Source of the DNA: Escherichia coli | Lineage (GTDB): Bacteria > Pseudomonadota > Gammaproteobacteria > Enterobacterales > Enterobacteriaceae | Reading direction: 5' to 3' (one strand) | Length of the DNA: 64,000 nt | Assembly: GCF_003018255.1 (NCBI RefSeq) | Contig: NZ_CP027440.1 | Shown here: one piece after another, positions 10,848 to 25,423 of the stretch | Layout: each line of letters starts with the position of its first letter | Position numbering within the stretch: position 1 is the stretch's first letter | The notes under the pieces: generated by a model | Database searches by the model: none | Told to the model about the DNA's origin: nothing | What the model saw: only the letters and a program-made list of their open reading frames with translations | Translations under genes and position numbers: made by a program

Positions 10848-13094
10848 CTATAACCCCCCGCGAATCAACCCGCCCATGCCGCGACGCTCCATAAAGGCTG
10901 CAACCTGATGGCGAACTTCGGTCGCCAGTTGCGCTTCCAGACTACGCTGCGCAAGATTTTCTGCTTCAGCAAAATCAATGCGCCGCAGCAGGTATTTTAC
11001 GCGCGCTACAGAACGTCCGTTCATAGACAGATGGCGATACCCAAGCCCAATGAGGATTGCCACGCACATGGGATCGCCCGCCATTTCACCGCACAAACGG
11101 AGATCGATTCCATGTATTTCCGCTTCCCGGGCGATCATCGCCAGAGCTCGTAACATTGCAGGATGAAGACTGTCATAAATGTTCGCCACCCGGGTATTGT
11201 TGCGATCAACGGCCAGGATGTATTGAGTCAGATCGTTGGTGCCAACAGAGATGAAATCGACCCGCTTTGCCAGATGCGGCAGCATAAATACCATTGACGG
11301 CACTTCCAGCATGATGCCGATACGTGGTTTGGGAATTTCGTAACCGATCATCTCCTCGACTTCACGTCCGGCACGTTCAATCAGGCGGCGTGCTTCGTCA
11401 ACTTCATCGAGGCTTGTGACCATCGGCAACAGAATATTCAGGTTGCCCGTAGCGGCATTAGCACGCAGCATCGCCCGCACCTGGATCAAGAAGATCTCCG
11501 GCTGATCGAGCGTAATGCGAATCCCACGCCAACCCAGGCATGGATTCTCTTCGCTAATCGGCATGTAAGGCAGCTGCTTATCTGCTCCGACATCCAGCGT
11601 ACGCAAGGTGACGGGTTTATCATTAAACATTTGCAGCATCCCCTGATACTGCGCCACCTGTTCTTCTTCCGACGGAAAACCACTTTGCAGCATGAATGGG
11701 ATTTCAGTGCGATAAAGTCCTATGCCATCAATACGGCTGCCCAGTTTTTCTTCATGTTCCGGGCTTAAACCGGCATTGAGCATGACTTTAATGCGCTCGC
11801 CGCTTTTTAACTGGGCGGGTAAATTGACGTCATCTTCCGCCAGACGGCTAAGCTCGATCTCTTCACTAATTAGCCGCTGATATTCTTGCAGCAGTACCGG
11901 TTCCGGATCGACCAGCAATTCACCGCGATAACCATCGACGATCAGCGTCCGACGATGCAGTACCGAAGGCTGAATATCCGCGCCCATCACGGTAGGTATC
12001 CCCAGCGCACGTACCATGATCGCAGCATGGGAGTTGGCAGCGCCATCGCGCACGACAACACCGACTAAGCGATCCTGGGGCAGCTCAGCAAGCGTTGTCG
12101 CTGACAGTTCATCTGCCACCAGAATGAAACGTTCCGGCCAGGCGTTCGGCCCTTGATTAGCGTCATCAAGATGAAACAGCAATCGCTGACCCAGCGCACG
12201 TAAATCGCCAGCCCGCTCTTTGAGATAGTTATCGCTTAGCGCGGCAAACTGTTCGGCAAATTTTTCAATGACCGTTTTTACCGCCCACTCTGCCACCGAG
12301 CCTTTATCAACCTCGGCAAACAATTCGCGACGCAGCCGGGTATCCGAAAGCAGGTGTGAGTAAAGATCGAAAATAGCCGCCGTTTCTTTTTGTGCACCGG
12401 CAGCAAAGCGTTTGCTATAGCGGCGAAACTCGTTAGCCGCCTCTTCCAACGCCCCGGTCAGTCGTTCGCGTTCCAGAGCCGGATCCAGCGTTGATGCCTG
12501 ATACACCTGTTCCATTAAAGGTAACGTGGCATCCTGCCAGCCTTCGGCAATCGCCACACCAGGTGCTGCCGGTAATGCACGGATTCGCGTCTGGCGATAT
12601 TGCCCAAACAAGGCAGTCAACTGCGACTGAGAAAGAATAGCTGCCATCTGGGTGGCAAGCGTCACCAGGAAGGATTCTTCACTTTCGTCATACTGGCGCA
12701 ACTCTCGTTGCTGTACCACCAGTACACCAAGCAACTGGCGACGTTGAATAATTGGTACGCCTAAAAACGCGCGGAAACGTTCTTCTTTTACGGAGGGGAT
12801 GTATTTGAAGCTGGGGTGCTTTTGCGCATCTGCAAGGTTTATCGGTTCCGCCAGCCTGCCAACCAGGCCGACGATCCCTTCATCAAACGCGAGCGTTACA
12901 GTGCGACCGCGTGGTTTTTTCAGTCCCCGGGTCGCCATCAGGTAGTAACAACGTCGATCATGATCGGCCAGGTAGACCGAACAGACCTCGGTATCCATCG
13001 CAAGACAGATGTCGGTAACCAGAATATTTAACGCCTCATTCAGGCGTGGTGCGCTGGCTACCTTTTCGACTATTTCGCGCAGGCGAGTGAGCAT
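10848..13094 (-). CDS. ptsP: Nitrogen-PTS enzyme I (EI-Ntr), GAF domain plus PEP-utilising domains
   Basis: 748-aa ORF with a GAF-like N-terminus and EI-type PEP-utilising domains; follows rppH on the same strand. Confidence 0.92.
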   Translation of the reverse strand: MLTRLREIVEKVASAPRLNEALNILVTDICLAMDTEVCSVYLADHDRRCYYLMATRGLKKPRGRTVTLAFDEGIVGLVGRLAEPINLADAQKHPSFKYIPSVKEERFRAFLGVPIIQRRQLLGVLVVQQRELRQYDESEESFLVTLATQMAAILSQSQLTALFGQYRQTRIRALPAAPGVAIAEGWQDATLPLMEQVYQASTLDPALERERLTGALEEAANEFRRYSKRFAAGAQKETAAIFDLYSHLLSDTRLRRELFAEVDKGSVAEWAVKTVIEKFAEQFAALSDNYLKERAGDLRALGQRLLFHLDDANQGPNAWPERFILVADELSATTLAELPQDRLVGVVVRDGAANSHAAIMVRALGIPTVMGADIQPSVLHRRTLIVDGYRGELLVDPEPVLLQEYQRLISEEIELSRLAEDDVNLPAQLKSGERIKVMLNAGLSPEHEEKLGSRIDGIGLYRTEIPFMLQSGFPSEEEQVAQYQGMLQMFNDKPVTLRTLDVGADKQLPYMPISEENPCLGWRGIRITLDQPEIFLIQVRAMLRANAATGNLNILLPMVTSLDEVDEARRLIERAGREVEEMIGYEIPKPRIGIMLEVPSMVFMLPHLAKRVDFISVGTNDLTQYILAVDRNNTRVANIYDSLHPAMLRALAMIAREAEIHGIDLRLCGEMAGDPMCVAILIGLGYRHLSMNGRSVARVKYLLRRIDFAEAENLAQRSLEAQLATEVRHQVAAFMERRGMGGLIRGGL

Positions 13095-13106
13095 AATTGG
13101 CGTGAC

Positions 13107-13637
13107 TTAACCTCTTTTACGTCGATAAGCAGATGCGTTTTGTGGTTTTGGCGTATTTTCCTGCAGTGACATCACCACACTCGCGAACTCTTTCATTACC
13201 CTACGGTAGACATCACGTTTAAATGACACCACCTGTCTGACTGGATACCAGTAACTTACCCATCGCCAGCCGTCAAACTCTGGTGTACTGCTGGTTTGCA
13301 TATTGATTTCTGCATCGCCGCTCACCAGCTGCAAGAGAAACCATTTTTGTTTTTGGCCGATACAAACCGGCTTCGTGTCCCAACGCACCAAACGTTTCGG
13401 TAATTTGTAGCGCAACCAGTTACGCGTTGAAGCAAGGATTCGAACGTCTTTGCGGCTTAATCCTACTTCTTCAAACAATTCACGGTACATCGCCTGCTCT
13501 GCGGATTCTCCGGGGTTGATTCCGCCTTGCGGAAATTGCCAGGAGTGCTGACCAAATCGCCGGGCCCACATTACCTGCCCCTGGCGATTACAAATCACGA
13601 TACCTACGTTTGGGCGGTAGCCATCGTCATCAATCAC
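13107..13637 (-). CDS. rppH: RNA pyrophosphohydrolase (Nudix)
   Basis: 176 aa with a Nudix box ([23 protein letters not shown]). Confidence 0.93.
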
Positions 13638-14321
13638 CGGACTACCTCAAAATAAAGCTTTATATACGAATGATTGTTTCATACTCCAGGAAGACGGTAA
13701 ACCACTCTCTGCAGGGCATTACACACTAATAACAATTGAATAACTCACAGTTATGTGCAGAGTTATAAACAGAGGAAGGGGTGGATAGCCGTTTTTATTC
13801 ACCTTTTCTGTGGATAGAGTTGTGAAGAACTACGGAATTACTACGGGAAAACCCGGAGCATTCTGAATAAGACAGATACAGAGATTTTAAAATATTCATT
13901 ATCAGTCAATGCATTACATGTGATTTGAGTAATAAAAAAGAGTAATTCGTGACCCAGGTCACACCTCTCATTTACGGGTTGGCGAAAGATCAACCAATGC
14001 CGTATTTATCCACAGAATGTGCCACTAAGTTAAGCACTGAACCACTAAAAACTGGAGTTTCGTCGCACGTCAAGGCTGTAAATGGAAACAGTAGTGAAGG
14101 TTTTTCACAGTTATCCCAGCTTTCTGTGGATAACATGGTGTAAGATCCTGTTTATTTTCAGTGACCAGATTTGGAAAACCCGTTGCAGTGTTGCGCAACT
14201 CGATTACCGGCAACCTAAAAAGCAATATAAATCAGAGAATTGAACAACGCATGTGGAAAAAGTTACACTGCGAATATTCGGCACTTAATTGCTGTTTGTT
14301 TTTTAACCAAGGTATCATGAC

Positions 14322-15011
14322 ATGTCCCAACCTCGCCCACTGCTCTCTCCTCCCGAAACTGAAGAACAATTGTTAGCGCAAGCACAACAACTTTCTGGTT
14401 ATACATTGGGAGAACTGGCGGCACTTGCCGGGCTGGTTACGCCGGAGAATTTAAAACGCGATAAGGGCTGGATTGGCGTGTTACTGGAGATCTGGCTAGG
14501 TGCCAGCGCAGGGAGTAAACCTGAGCAAGATTTTGCTGCTCTGGGCGTGGAACTTAAAACTATCCCTGTGGATAGTCTTGGTCGTCCGCTGGAAACAACA
14601 TTCGTTTGTGTTGCCCCGTTAACGGGCAATAGCGGGGTGACCTGGGAAACCAGCCACGTGCGCCACAAGCTCAAACGCGTGCTGTGGATACCGGTTGAAG
14701 GCGAGCGCAGCATCCCGCTGGCAAAGCGTCGCGTAGGATCACCGTTGCTGTGGAGCCCGAATGAAGAGGAAGACCGACAGTTACGCGAAGACTGGGAAGA
14801 ATTAATGGATATGATTGTTCTCGGTCAGATTGAGCGGATCACCGCTCGTCACGGGGAATATTTACAGATACGACCGAAAGCAGCGAATGCGAAAGCGCTG
14901 ACCGAAGCTATTGGTGCCCGGGGCGAACGGATTCTGACGCTGCCGCGCGGATTTTATTTGAAGAAGAATTTCACCAGTGCGCTACTGGCCCGTCATTTTC
15001 TGATCCAGTAG
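14322..15011 (+). CDS. mutH: Methyl-directed mismatch repair endonuclease MutH
   Basis: 229 aa, N-terminus [33 protein letters not shown]. Confidence 0.93.
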
Positions 15012-15079
15012 CCATCGCTTTGACCTGCCGCTTTCCGGGCATATAATTACCGCTTCATTTTTTTGGCAGGGCTTTTTAG

Positions 15080-15793
15080 ATGTTATTTGCATGGATAACC
15101 GATCCTAACGCCTGGCTTGCGCTCGGTACACTGACGCTGCTGGAGATCGTTCTTGGGATCGACAATATTATTTTCCTTTCTCTGGTGGTGGCAAAGCTTC
15201 CCACAGCACAACGTGCTCATGCGCGCCGTCTGGGGTTGGCGGGAGCCATGGTCATGCGTCTGGCGCTGCTGGCATCCATCGCCTGGGTTACGCGCCTGAC
15301 GAATCCGCTTTTTACAATATTCAGTCAGGAAATTTCCGCCCGTGATTTGATCCTGCTTCTGGGTGGCTTGTTCCTTATCTGGAAAGCCAGCAAGGAAATC
15401 CACGAATCCATCGAAGGTGAAGAAGAAGGGCTGAAAACACGCGTTTCATCATTCCTCGGCGCTATCGTGCAGATTATGCTGCTGGATATTATCTTCAGCC
15501 TCGACTCGGTGATTACCGCTGTGGGTCTGTCAGATCACCTGTTTATTATGATGGCTGCCGTGGTGATTGCCGTAGGCGTGATGATGTTCGCCGCGCGCTC
15601 GATTGGTGATTTTGTCGAGCGCCATCCTTCGGTAAAAATGCTGGCGCTCTCTTTCCTGATTCTGGTGGGCTTTACCCTGATTCTGGAAAGTTTCGACATC
15701 CACGTACCGAAAGGTTACATCTACTTCGCGATGTTCTTCTCTATTGCGGTTGAAAGCCTCAACCTGATTCGCAACAAAAAGAATCCGCTCTGA
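15080..15793 (+). CDS. ygdQ: Integral membrane protein (TerC/UPF0053-like)
   Basis: 237 aa, multi-pass hydrophobic profile; gene-order match. Confidence 0.85.
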
Positions 15794-15930
15794 TACTCCG
15801 TACGCTCTCCTGCGGGAGGGCGTACTCACTCCTGTTACCCTCACAGTTTAAGATTTTCCTGCTTTCAAGATATATAACGTCGGTTTATAAACAGACTATT
15901 ATCATAGGTGGGCCAAATGAGGATAACCGG

Positions 15931-16149
15931 ATGAAAAAATGGGCAGTAATAATTTCTGCAGTCGGACTGGCGTTTGCTGTTTCCGGGTGTTCCAGTGATT
16001 ACGTCATGGCGACCAAAGATGGCCGTATGATTTTGACCGATGGAAAACCTGAAATTGATGATGATACCGGGCTGGTGAGTTATCACGATCAGCAAGGTAA
16101 CGCGATGCAAATTAACCGTGATGATGTTTCGCAAATTATTGAACGTTAA
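15931..16149 (+). CDS. ygdR: Small lipoprotein (DUF903-like)
   Basis: 72 aa with signal peptide and lipobox (AVSGC). Confidence 0.8.
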
Positions 16150-16154
16150 CAAAT

Positions 16155-16190
16155 AAGGTCAGCATCCGGCTGGCCTTAAGATTTTTCTCT
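16155..16190 (+). terminator. Rho-independent terminator after ygdR
   Basis: Hairpin AAGGTCAGC-loop-GCTGGCCTT followed by a T-rich tract. Confidence 0.55.
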
Positions 16191-16256
16191 TTCCCTTTTC
16201 CCTTCCCTCTGCCATTTTTATATTCCTTATGTCGTGATTATAAAAAGGAAACGGCT

Positions 16257-17297
16257 ATGCAATATCACCGTATACCCCACAGTTCGCTGGAAGTCAGCAC
16301 GCTGGGGCTTGGCACGATGACGTTTGGTGAACAGAACAGCGAAGCCGACGCCCACGCACAACTCGACTATGCCGTCGCTCAGGGCATTAACCTTATCGAC
16401 GTTGCCGAAATGTACCCAGTACCTCCGCGCCCCGAAACTCAAGGGCTAACCGAAACCTACGTCGGCAACTGGCTGGCGAAACATGGCAGCCGCGAAAAGT
16501 TAATTATCGCCTCCAAAGTGAGCGGACCGTCGCGCAATAATGACAAAGGCATCCGCCCGGATCAGGCGCTGGATCGGAAGAATATCCGCGAAGCGCTGCA
16601 TGACAGCCTCAAGCGTCTGCAGACTGATTACCTCGATCTTTATCAGGTGCACTGGCCGCAGCGCCCAACCAACTGCTTCGGCAAACTCGGTTATAGCTGG
16701 ACAGATTCTGCGCCTGCGGTTTCGCTGCTGGATACACTGGACGCACTGGCAGAGTACCAACGCGCGGGAAAAATTCGTTATATCGGCGTGTCGAACGAAA
16801 CTGCATTTGGCGTAATGCGCTACCTGCATCTGGCGGACAAACACGATCTGCCGCGTATTGTCACCATTCAGAACCCCTACAGTCTGTTAAACCGCAGTTT
16901 TGAAGTAGGTCTGGCAGAAGTCAGCCAGTATGAAGGGGTCGAACTGCTGGCCTATTCGTGCCTGGGTTTCGGCACGCTGACCGGGAAATATCTCAACGGT
17001 GCAAAACCCGCTGGCGCACGTAATACGCTCTTTAGTCGGTTCACCCGCTATAGCGGTGAGCAAACGCAAAAAGCCGTCGCGGCGTATGTTGATATAGCCA
17101 GACGTCATGGCCTGGATCCTGCACAGATGGCGCTCGCTTTTGTACGCCGTCAACCGTTTGTTGCCAGCACTCTGCTGGGCGCAACCACGATGGAGCAGCT
17201 GAAAACTAACGTCGAAAGTTTGCATCTGGAGTTAAGCGAAGACGTATTAGCAGAAATTGAAGCGGTGCATCAGGTTTACACTTATCCGGCACCATAA
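16257..17297 (+). CDS. tas: NADP(H)-dependent aldo-keto reductase Tas
   Basis: 346 aa aldo-keto reductase fold; gene-order match. Confidence 0.9.
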   Translation: MQYHRIPHSSLEVSTLGLGTMTFGEQNSEADAHAQLDYAVAQGINLIDVAEMYPVPPRPETQGLTETYVGNWLAKHGSREKLIIASKVSGPSRNNDKGIRPDQALDRKNIREALHDSLKRLQTDYLDLYQVHWPQRPTNCFGKLGYSWTDSAPAVSLLDTLDALAEYQRAGKIRYIGVSNETAFGVMRYLHLADKHDLPRIVTIQNPYSLLNRSFEVGLAEVSQYEGVELLAYSCLGFGTLTGKYLNGAKPAGARNTLFSRFTRYSGEQTQKAVAAYVDIARRHGLDPAQMALAFVRRQPFVASTLLGATTMEQLKTNVESLHLELSEDVLAEIEAVHQVYTYPAP

Positions 17298-17299
17298 GA

Positions 17300-17325
17300 T
17301 TAACGCCGGTTAAAACCGGCGTTAA
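17300..17325. terminator. Bidirectional hairpin between convergent tas and lplT
   Basis: Inverted repeat TTAACGCCGG ... CCGGCGTTAA immediately after the tas stop. Confidence 0.55.
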
Positions 17326-17328
17326 ATA

Positions 17329-20695
<3,367 letters not shown>

Positions 20696-20761
20696 TCAGT
20701 AAAAGCGAATGGAGGGAGATTACACGAGATAAAGAACGCGAGCGACAGTAAATTAGGTGCG

Positions 20762-20849
20762 AAAAAAAACCTGCGCATCCGCGCAGGTTGGTGCAAGAGA
20801 CAGGGTACGAAGAGCGTACCGAATAATCTCACCAATCAATACCTCTGGG
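20762..20849 (-). ncRNA. omrA: OmrA small regulatory RNA (OmpR-regulated, Hfq-dependent)
   Basis: 88-nt minus-strand sequence beginning CCCAGAGGUAUUGAUUGGUGAG and ending in a CCUGCGC...GCGCAGG hairpin plus U8. Confidence 0.9.
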
Positions 20850-20963
20850 ATCTTGATTGTGGTCTGCACGACGACTCTTCGCCAGTGAGAAAACGCAAAG
20901 GAATGAAGGGAAATGCAACGAGGTGTGTAAATTGTCGGTTACTGTTACAGATTGATGACCGGC

Positions 20964-21045
20964 AAAAAAAACCTGCGCATCTGCGCAGGCTGGTGTAATT
21001 CATGTGCTCAACCCGAAGTTGACTTCACCTATCAATACCTCTGGG
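20964..21045 (-). ncRNA. omrB: OmrB small regulatory RNA, paralog of OmrA
   Basis: 82-nt minus-strand sequence beginning CCCAGAGGUAUUGAUAGGUGAAG and ending in a terminator hairpin plus U8; it shares 5' and 3' ends with omrA. Confidence 0.9.
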
Positions 21046-21258
21046 ATCACCACTTTAGCAACCTGAAGCCAAACGCCACCAGCGGTCAATCGCAACAGCG
21101 TTTCGCAAAGTGTAACCAAAGGTTTGCAATCTCTTTTTTTGTCTTACTTATTTGCGTTTGGCTCACATTCCCACAATGAAAACACGCCGCCCCTTGAACC
21201 AACGGGCGTTTTCCGTAACACTGAAAGAATGTAAGCGTTTACCCACTAAGGTATTTTC

Positions 21259-22290
21259 ATGGCGACCATAAAGGATGTAGCCCGACTGGCAGGCGTTTCA
21301 GTCGCCACCGTTTCCCGCGTCATTAATAATTCACCCAAAGCCAGCGAAGCTTCCCGGCTTGCTGTGCATAGTGCAATGGAGTCTCTTAGCTATCACCCGA
21401 ACGCCAACGCCCGTGCGCTGGCGCAGCAGACCACTGAAACGGTCGGTCTGGTCGTTGGTGATGTTTCCGATCCGTTTTTCGGTGCAATGGTGAAAGCGGT
21501 CGAACAGGTGGCTTATCACACTGGTAATTTTTTATTGATTGGCAACGGTTACCACAACGAACAAAAAGAGCGTCAGGCCATTGAGCAACTGATCCGCCAT
21601 CGCTGTGCTGCGTTGGTCGTCCATGCCAAAATGATCCCGGATGCCGATTTAGCCTCATTAATGAAACAAATGCCCGGTATGGTGCTGATCAACCGTATCC
21701 TGCCTGGCTTTGAAAACCGTTGTATTGCTCTGGACGATCGTTACGGTGCCTGGCTGGCTACGCGTCATTTAATTCAGCAAGGTCATACCCGCATTGGTTA
21801 TCTGTGCTCTAACCACTCTATTTCTGACGCCGAAGATCGTCTGCAAGGGTATTACGATGCCCTTGCTGAAAGTGGTATTCCGGCCAATGACCGGCTGGTG
21901 ACATTTGGCGAACCAGACGAAAGCGGCGGCGAACAGGCAATGACCGAGCTTTTGGGACGAGGCAGAAATTTCACTGCGGTAGCCTGTTATAACGATTCAA
22001 TGGCGGCGGGCGCGATGGGCGTGCTCAATGATAATGGTATTGATGTACCGGGTGAGATTTCGTTAATTGGCTTTGATGATGTGCTGGTGTCACGCTATGT
22101 GCGCCCGCGTCTGACCACCGTGCGTTACCCAATCGTGACGATGGCGACCCAGGCTGCCGAACTGGCTTTGGCGCTGGCGGATAATCGCCCTCTCCCGGAA
22201 ATCACTAATGTCTTTAGTCCGACGCTGGTACGTCGCCATTCAGTGTCAACTCCGTCGCTGGAGGCAAGTCATCATGCAACCAGCGACTAA
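21259..22290 (+). CDS. galR: Galactose operon repressor GalR (LacI family)
   Basis: 343 aa; N-terminal HTH MATIKDVARLAGVSVATVSRVINN. Confidence 0.93.
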   Translation: MATIKDVARLAGVSVATVSRVINNSPKASEASRLAVHSAMESLSYHPNANARALAQQTTETVGLVVGDVSDPFFGAMVKAVEQVAYHTGNFLLIGNGYHNEQKERQAIEQLIRHRCAALVVHAKMIPDADLASLMKQMPGMVLINRILPGFENRCIALDDRYGAWLATRHLIQQGHTRIGYLCSNHSISDAEDRLQGYYDALAESGIPANDRLVTFGEPDESGGEQAMTELLGRGRNFTAVACYNDSMAAGAMGVLNDNGIDVPGEISLIGFDDVLVSRYVRPRLTTVRYPIVTMATQAAELALALADNRPLPEITNVFSPTLVRRHSVSTPSLEASHHATSD

Positions 22291-22296
22291 CCGCAG

Positions 22297-23559
22297 TTAA
22301 AGCAATTCCAGCGCCAGTAATTCTTCAATGGTCTGGCGACGGCGAATCAACCGCGCCTGACCATTATCAAACAGAACTTCTGGTAACAGCGGACGGCTGT
22401 TGTAGTTGGATGACATTGATGCGCCATATGCCCCTGTATCATGCAGTACCAGATAATCACCTGCCTTCACTTCCGGCAAGGCGCGGGTTTCGACATTTCC
22501 CCCTTCCTGCTGGGTAAAGACATCGCCCGATTCACATAACGGCCCGGCGACGACGGTTTCCACCGTTGGTGCGTGTTCCAGAGAACGACCATCAGCTGCC
22601 AGGGCACTGATATGGTGGTAACTACCGTACATTGCCGGGCGCATCAGATCGTTGAACCCGGCATCAACCAGCACAAAGTGGCGGCTACCCATTTGTTTGA
22701 CGCTCCGCACTTGAGTAATTAATACGCCAGACTGCGCTACCAGAAAGCGACCCGGTTCAATTTCCAGTTTCACAGGGTGGCCCAAATGGCGGGCGATTTG
22801 CTGACGCGCGGCATTCCACAGACCATAATAATGCTCGGTATCAACCGCCTCTTCACCCTGTTGATAAGGAACAGAAAGCCCACCGCCCGCAGAAATAGCC
22901 TGTAAATCCTGACCGAATTCGAGGACCTGACGCACCATAGCACCACATACCTGTTCCAGATGGGCATAATCGACGCCAGAACCAATGTGCATGTGAATGC
23001 CGACCAGCTGTAGATGATGACGTTGTATCACGTCCAGTGCGGCGGGCAGATCGGTGTACCAGATACCGTGCTTGCTGTTTTCGCCACCGGTATTGGTTTT
23101 TTGGCTATGCCCGTGACCAAACCCCGGATTAACACGCAGCCATACCCGATGCCCTGGCGAAACCTGACCCAGTTGGTCGAGCATATCAACAGAACCCGCA
23201 TTCACCGGAATTTGCAATTCACTGACGCGTTCAAGCGTCGCCTGATCGATAACATCTGCCGTAAAAACAATATCATCAGGGTGCGTTTGCGGATTGTAAC
23301 CCGCCGCCAGTGCACGCTCTATTTCGCCTAACGAGACGGAATCCACTTTCACGCCCTGCTCACGCATTAAGCGCAAAATATGAATATTGGAACAGGCTTT
23401 CTGTGCGAAGCGCACCACATCAAACTGTTTCAGCGCTGCAATCTGCCGACGAATAATTTGCGCATCGTAGACCCACACCGGGCAGCCAAATTCTGCGGGC
23501 AAACGCAGCAGATTTTCGGCGGTGAGATCGGTATCAGTGCTGAACAGTGAATGTGGCAT
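22297..23559 (-). CDS. lysA: Diaminopimelate decarboxylase
   Basis: 420-aa PLP-dependent decarboxylase, divergent from lysR. Confidence 0.93.
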   Translation of the reverse strand: MPHSLFSTDTDLTAENLLRLPAEFGCPVWVYDAQIIRRQIAALKQFDVVRFAQKACSNIHILRLMREQGVKVDSVSLGEIERALAAGYNPQTHPDDIVFTADVIDQATLERVSELQIPVNAGSVDMLDQLGQVSPGHRVWLRVNPGFGHGHSQKTNTGGENSKHGIWYTDLPAALDVIQRHHLQLVGIHMHIGSGVDYAHLEQVCGAMVRQVLEFGQDLQAISAGGGLSVPYQQGEEAVDTEHYYGLWNAARQQIARHLGHPVKLEIEPGRFLVAQSGVLITQVRSVKQMGSRHFVLVDAGFNDLMRPAMYGSYHHISALAADGRSLEHAPTVETVVAGPLCESGDVFTQQEGGNVETRALPEVKAGDYLVLHDTGAYGASMSSNYNSRPLLPEVLFDNGQARLIRRRQTIEELLALELL

Positions 23560-23680
23560 AACAAACTCCAGATAAGTGCTTTTTTATGATTACGCCACAT
23601 CATAAAAAGAATAAAAAATATCGATTTATGTCGAGTCTATGCAAAAATGATATGGATTACCGGATTGCGAGAGAGCGCTA

Positions 23681-24616
23681 ATGGCCGCCGTTAACTTACG
23701 TCATATTGAAATTTTTCATGCGGTAATGACCGCCGGAAGCCTGACTGAGGCGGCACACCTGCTACACACCTCACAGCCAACTGTCAGCCGCGAACTGGCG
23801 CGCTTTGAGAAGGTGATCGGGCTGAAATTGTTTGAGCGCGTACGTGGACGATTGCATCCTACCGTGCAAGGACTGCGTCTGTTTGAAGAAGTGCAACGAT
23901 CCTGGTACGGACTGGATCGCATTGTCAGCGCCGCAGAAAGTCTGCGCGAGTTTCGCCAGGGAGAACTGTCTATTGCCTGCCTGCCGGTCTTTTCGCAATC
24001 TTTTTTACCGCAGCTCCTGCAACCCTTTCTGGCACGTTATCCCGATGTCAGCTTAAATATCGTGCCCCAGGAATCACCGCTACTTGAAGAGTGGCTCTCG
24101 GCCCAGCGTCATGATTTAGGACTCACGGAGACACTCCATACGCCTGCGGGAACAGAACGTACCGAATTACTCTCTTTAGATGAAGTGTGTGTGTTACCTC
24201 CGGGCCATCCGCTGGCGGTAAAAAAGGTATTAACGCCGGATGATTTTCACGGTGAAAACTACATCAGCCTTTCCCGTACTGACAGCTATCGCCAGTTGCT
24301 GGATCAATTGTTTACTGAGAATCAGGTTAAACGACGCATGATCGTAGAAACCCACAGCGCCGCGTCAGTCTGCGCAATGGTACGGGCGGGGGTAGGTGTT
24401 TCGGTGGTTAACCCGCTCACCGCACTGGATTATGCGGCAAGCGGTTTAGTGGTACGGCGGTTCAGTATTGCGGTTCCGTTCACCGTCAGCCTGATCCGCC
24501 CCCTGCACCGCCCGTCATCAGCGCTGGTTCAGGCGTTTAGTGAGCATTTACAAGCGGGATTACCGAAACTGGTCACTTCTCTTGACGCTATTTTGTCGTC
24601 AGCTACGACAGCATAA
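23681..24616 (+). CDS. lysR: LysR-type activator of lysA
   Basis: 311 aa; LTTR-type HTH ([24 protein letters not shown]). Confidence 0.93.
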   Translation: MAAVNLRHIEIFHAVMTAGSLTEAAHLLHTSQPTVSRELARFEKVIGLKLFERVRGRLHPTVQGLRLFEEVQRSWYGLDRIVSAAESLREFRQGELSIACLPVFSQSFLPQLLQPFLARYPDVSLNIVPQESPLLEEWLSAQRHDLGLTETLHTPAGTERTELLSLDEVCVLPPGHPLAVKKVLTPDDFHGENYISLSRTDSYRQLLDQLFTENQVKRRMIVETHSAASVCAMVRAGVGVSVVNPLTALDYAASGLVVRRFSIAVPFTVSLIRPLHRPSSALVQAFSEHLQAGLPKLVTSLDAILSSATTA

Positions 24617-25295
24617 AAGCGACAGCATCCTCGGCATGGATCGCCGCAGTATCAAACACAGGCAGAACACTGCGCTCTTCTGGCACCAGTAAACCAATTT
24701 CCGTACAGCCAAAAATGACACCCTGTGCGCCCTGTTCTGCAAGGCGAGCAATCACTTGCGCATAATAAGTGCGTGACGCTTCGGTAAATTGCCCCAGACA
24801 CAGTTCTTCAAAAATAATCTGATTAATTTTCGCCCGTTTATCCGCTTCAGGAATGAGACAGTTGATGGAAAATTGTTCCGTCAGCCGCCCGCGATAAAAA
24901 TCCTGTTCCATGGTGTAACGCGTACCCAGCAGCGCCACACGAGTCATTCCAGCCCGGATAATTGCACGTCCAGTGGCATCCGCTATGTGTAAGAAAGGCA
25001 GAGAGCAACGAGACTCAATGGCATCCGCCACTTTATGCATCGTATTGGTGCATAACACAATACCTTCTGCGCCCGCCCGCTGTAAGCCAAGCGCCGCCTC
25101 AGCCAGAATATCCCCGGTTTTGTCCCACTCACCGCGACGCTGGCACTCTTCTATTTCATGAAAATCGACGCTATGTAGCAGCACTTGCGCAGAGTGAAGC
25201 CCACCAAGCCGCTGTTTAATGCCTTCATTTATCAGACGATAGTAAGGAATAGTGGATTCCCAGCTCATTCCTCCCAGCAAACCAATTGTTTTCAT
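24603..25295 (-). CDS. ygeA: Asp/Glu/hydantoin racemase-family amino-acid racemase
   Basis: 230 aa; N-terminus [15 protein letters not shown] typical of Asp/Glu racemases; 3' end overlaps the lysR 3' end. Confidence 0.88.
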   Translation of the reverse strand: MKTIGLLGGMSWESTIPYYRLINEGIKQRLGGLHSAQVLLHSVDFHEIEECQRRGEWDKTGDILAEAALGLQRAGAEGIVLCTNTMHKVADAIESRCSLPFLHIADATGRAIIRAGMTRVALLGTRYTMEQDFYRGRLTEQFSINCLIPEADKRAKINQIIFEELCLGQFTEASRTYYAQVIARLAEQGAQGVIFGCTEIGLLVPEERSVLPVFDTAAIHAEDAVAFMLS

Positions 25296-25384
25296 TCCTC
25301 TCTCCTGATGTGTGTTACCGCAACAAGGCTGAATAAGGAACGAGACAAACGCCTCAACGGCCAGGTGCCTAATCTCTATTAACG

Positions 25385-25417
25385 AAAAAAGGGCCGGATG
25401 TACAGCACATCCGGCCC
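25385..25417 (-). terminator. Rho-independent terminator of araE
   Basis: On the minus strand, hairpin GGGCCGGATGT-loop-ACATCCGGCCC followed by T6. Confidence 0.75.
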
Positions 25418-25423
25418 GTGAAA

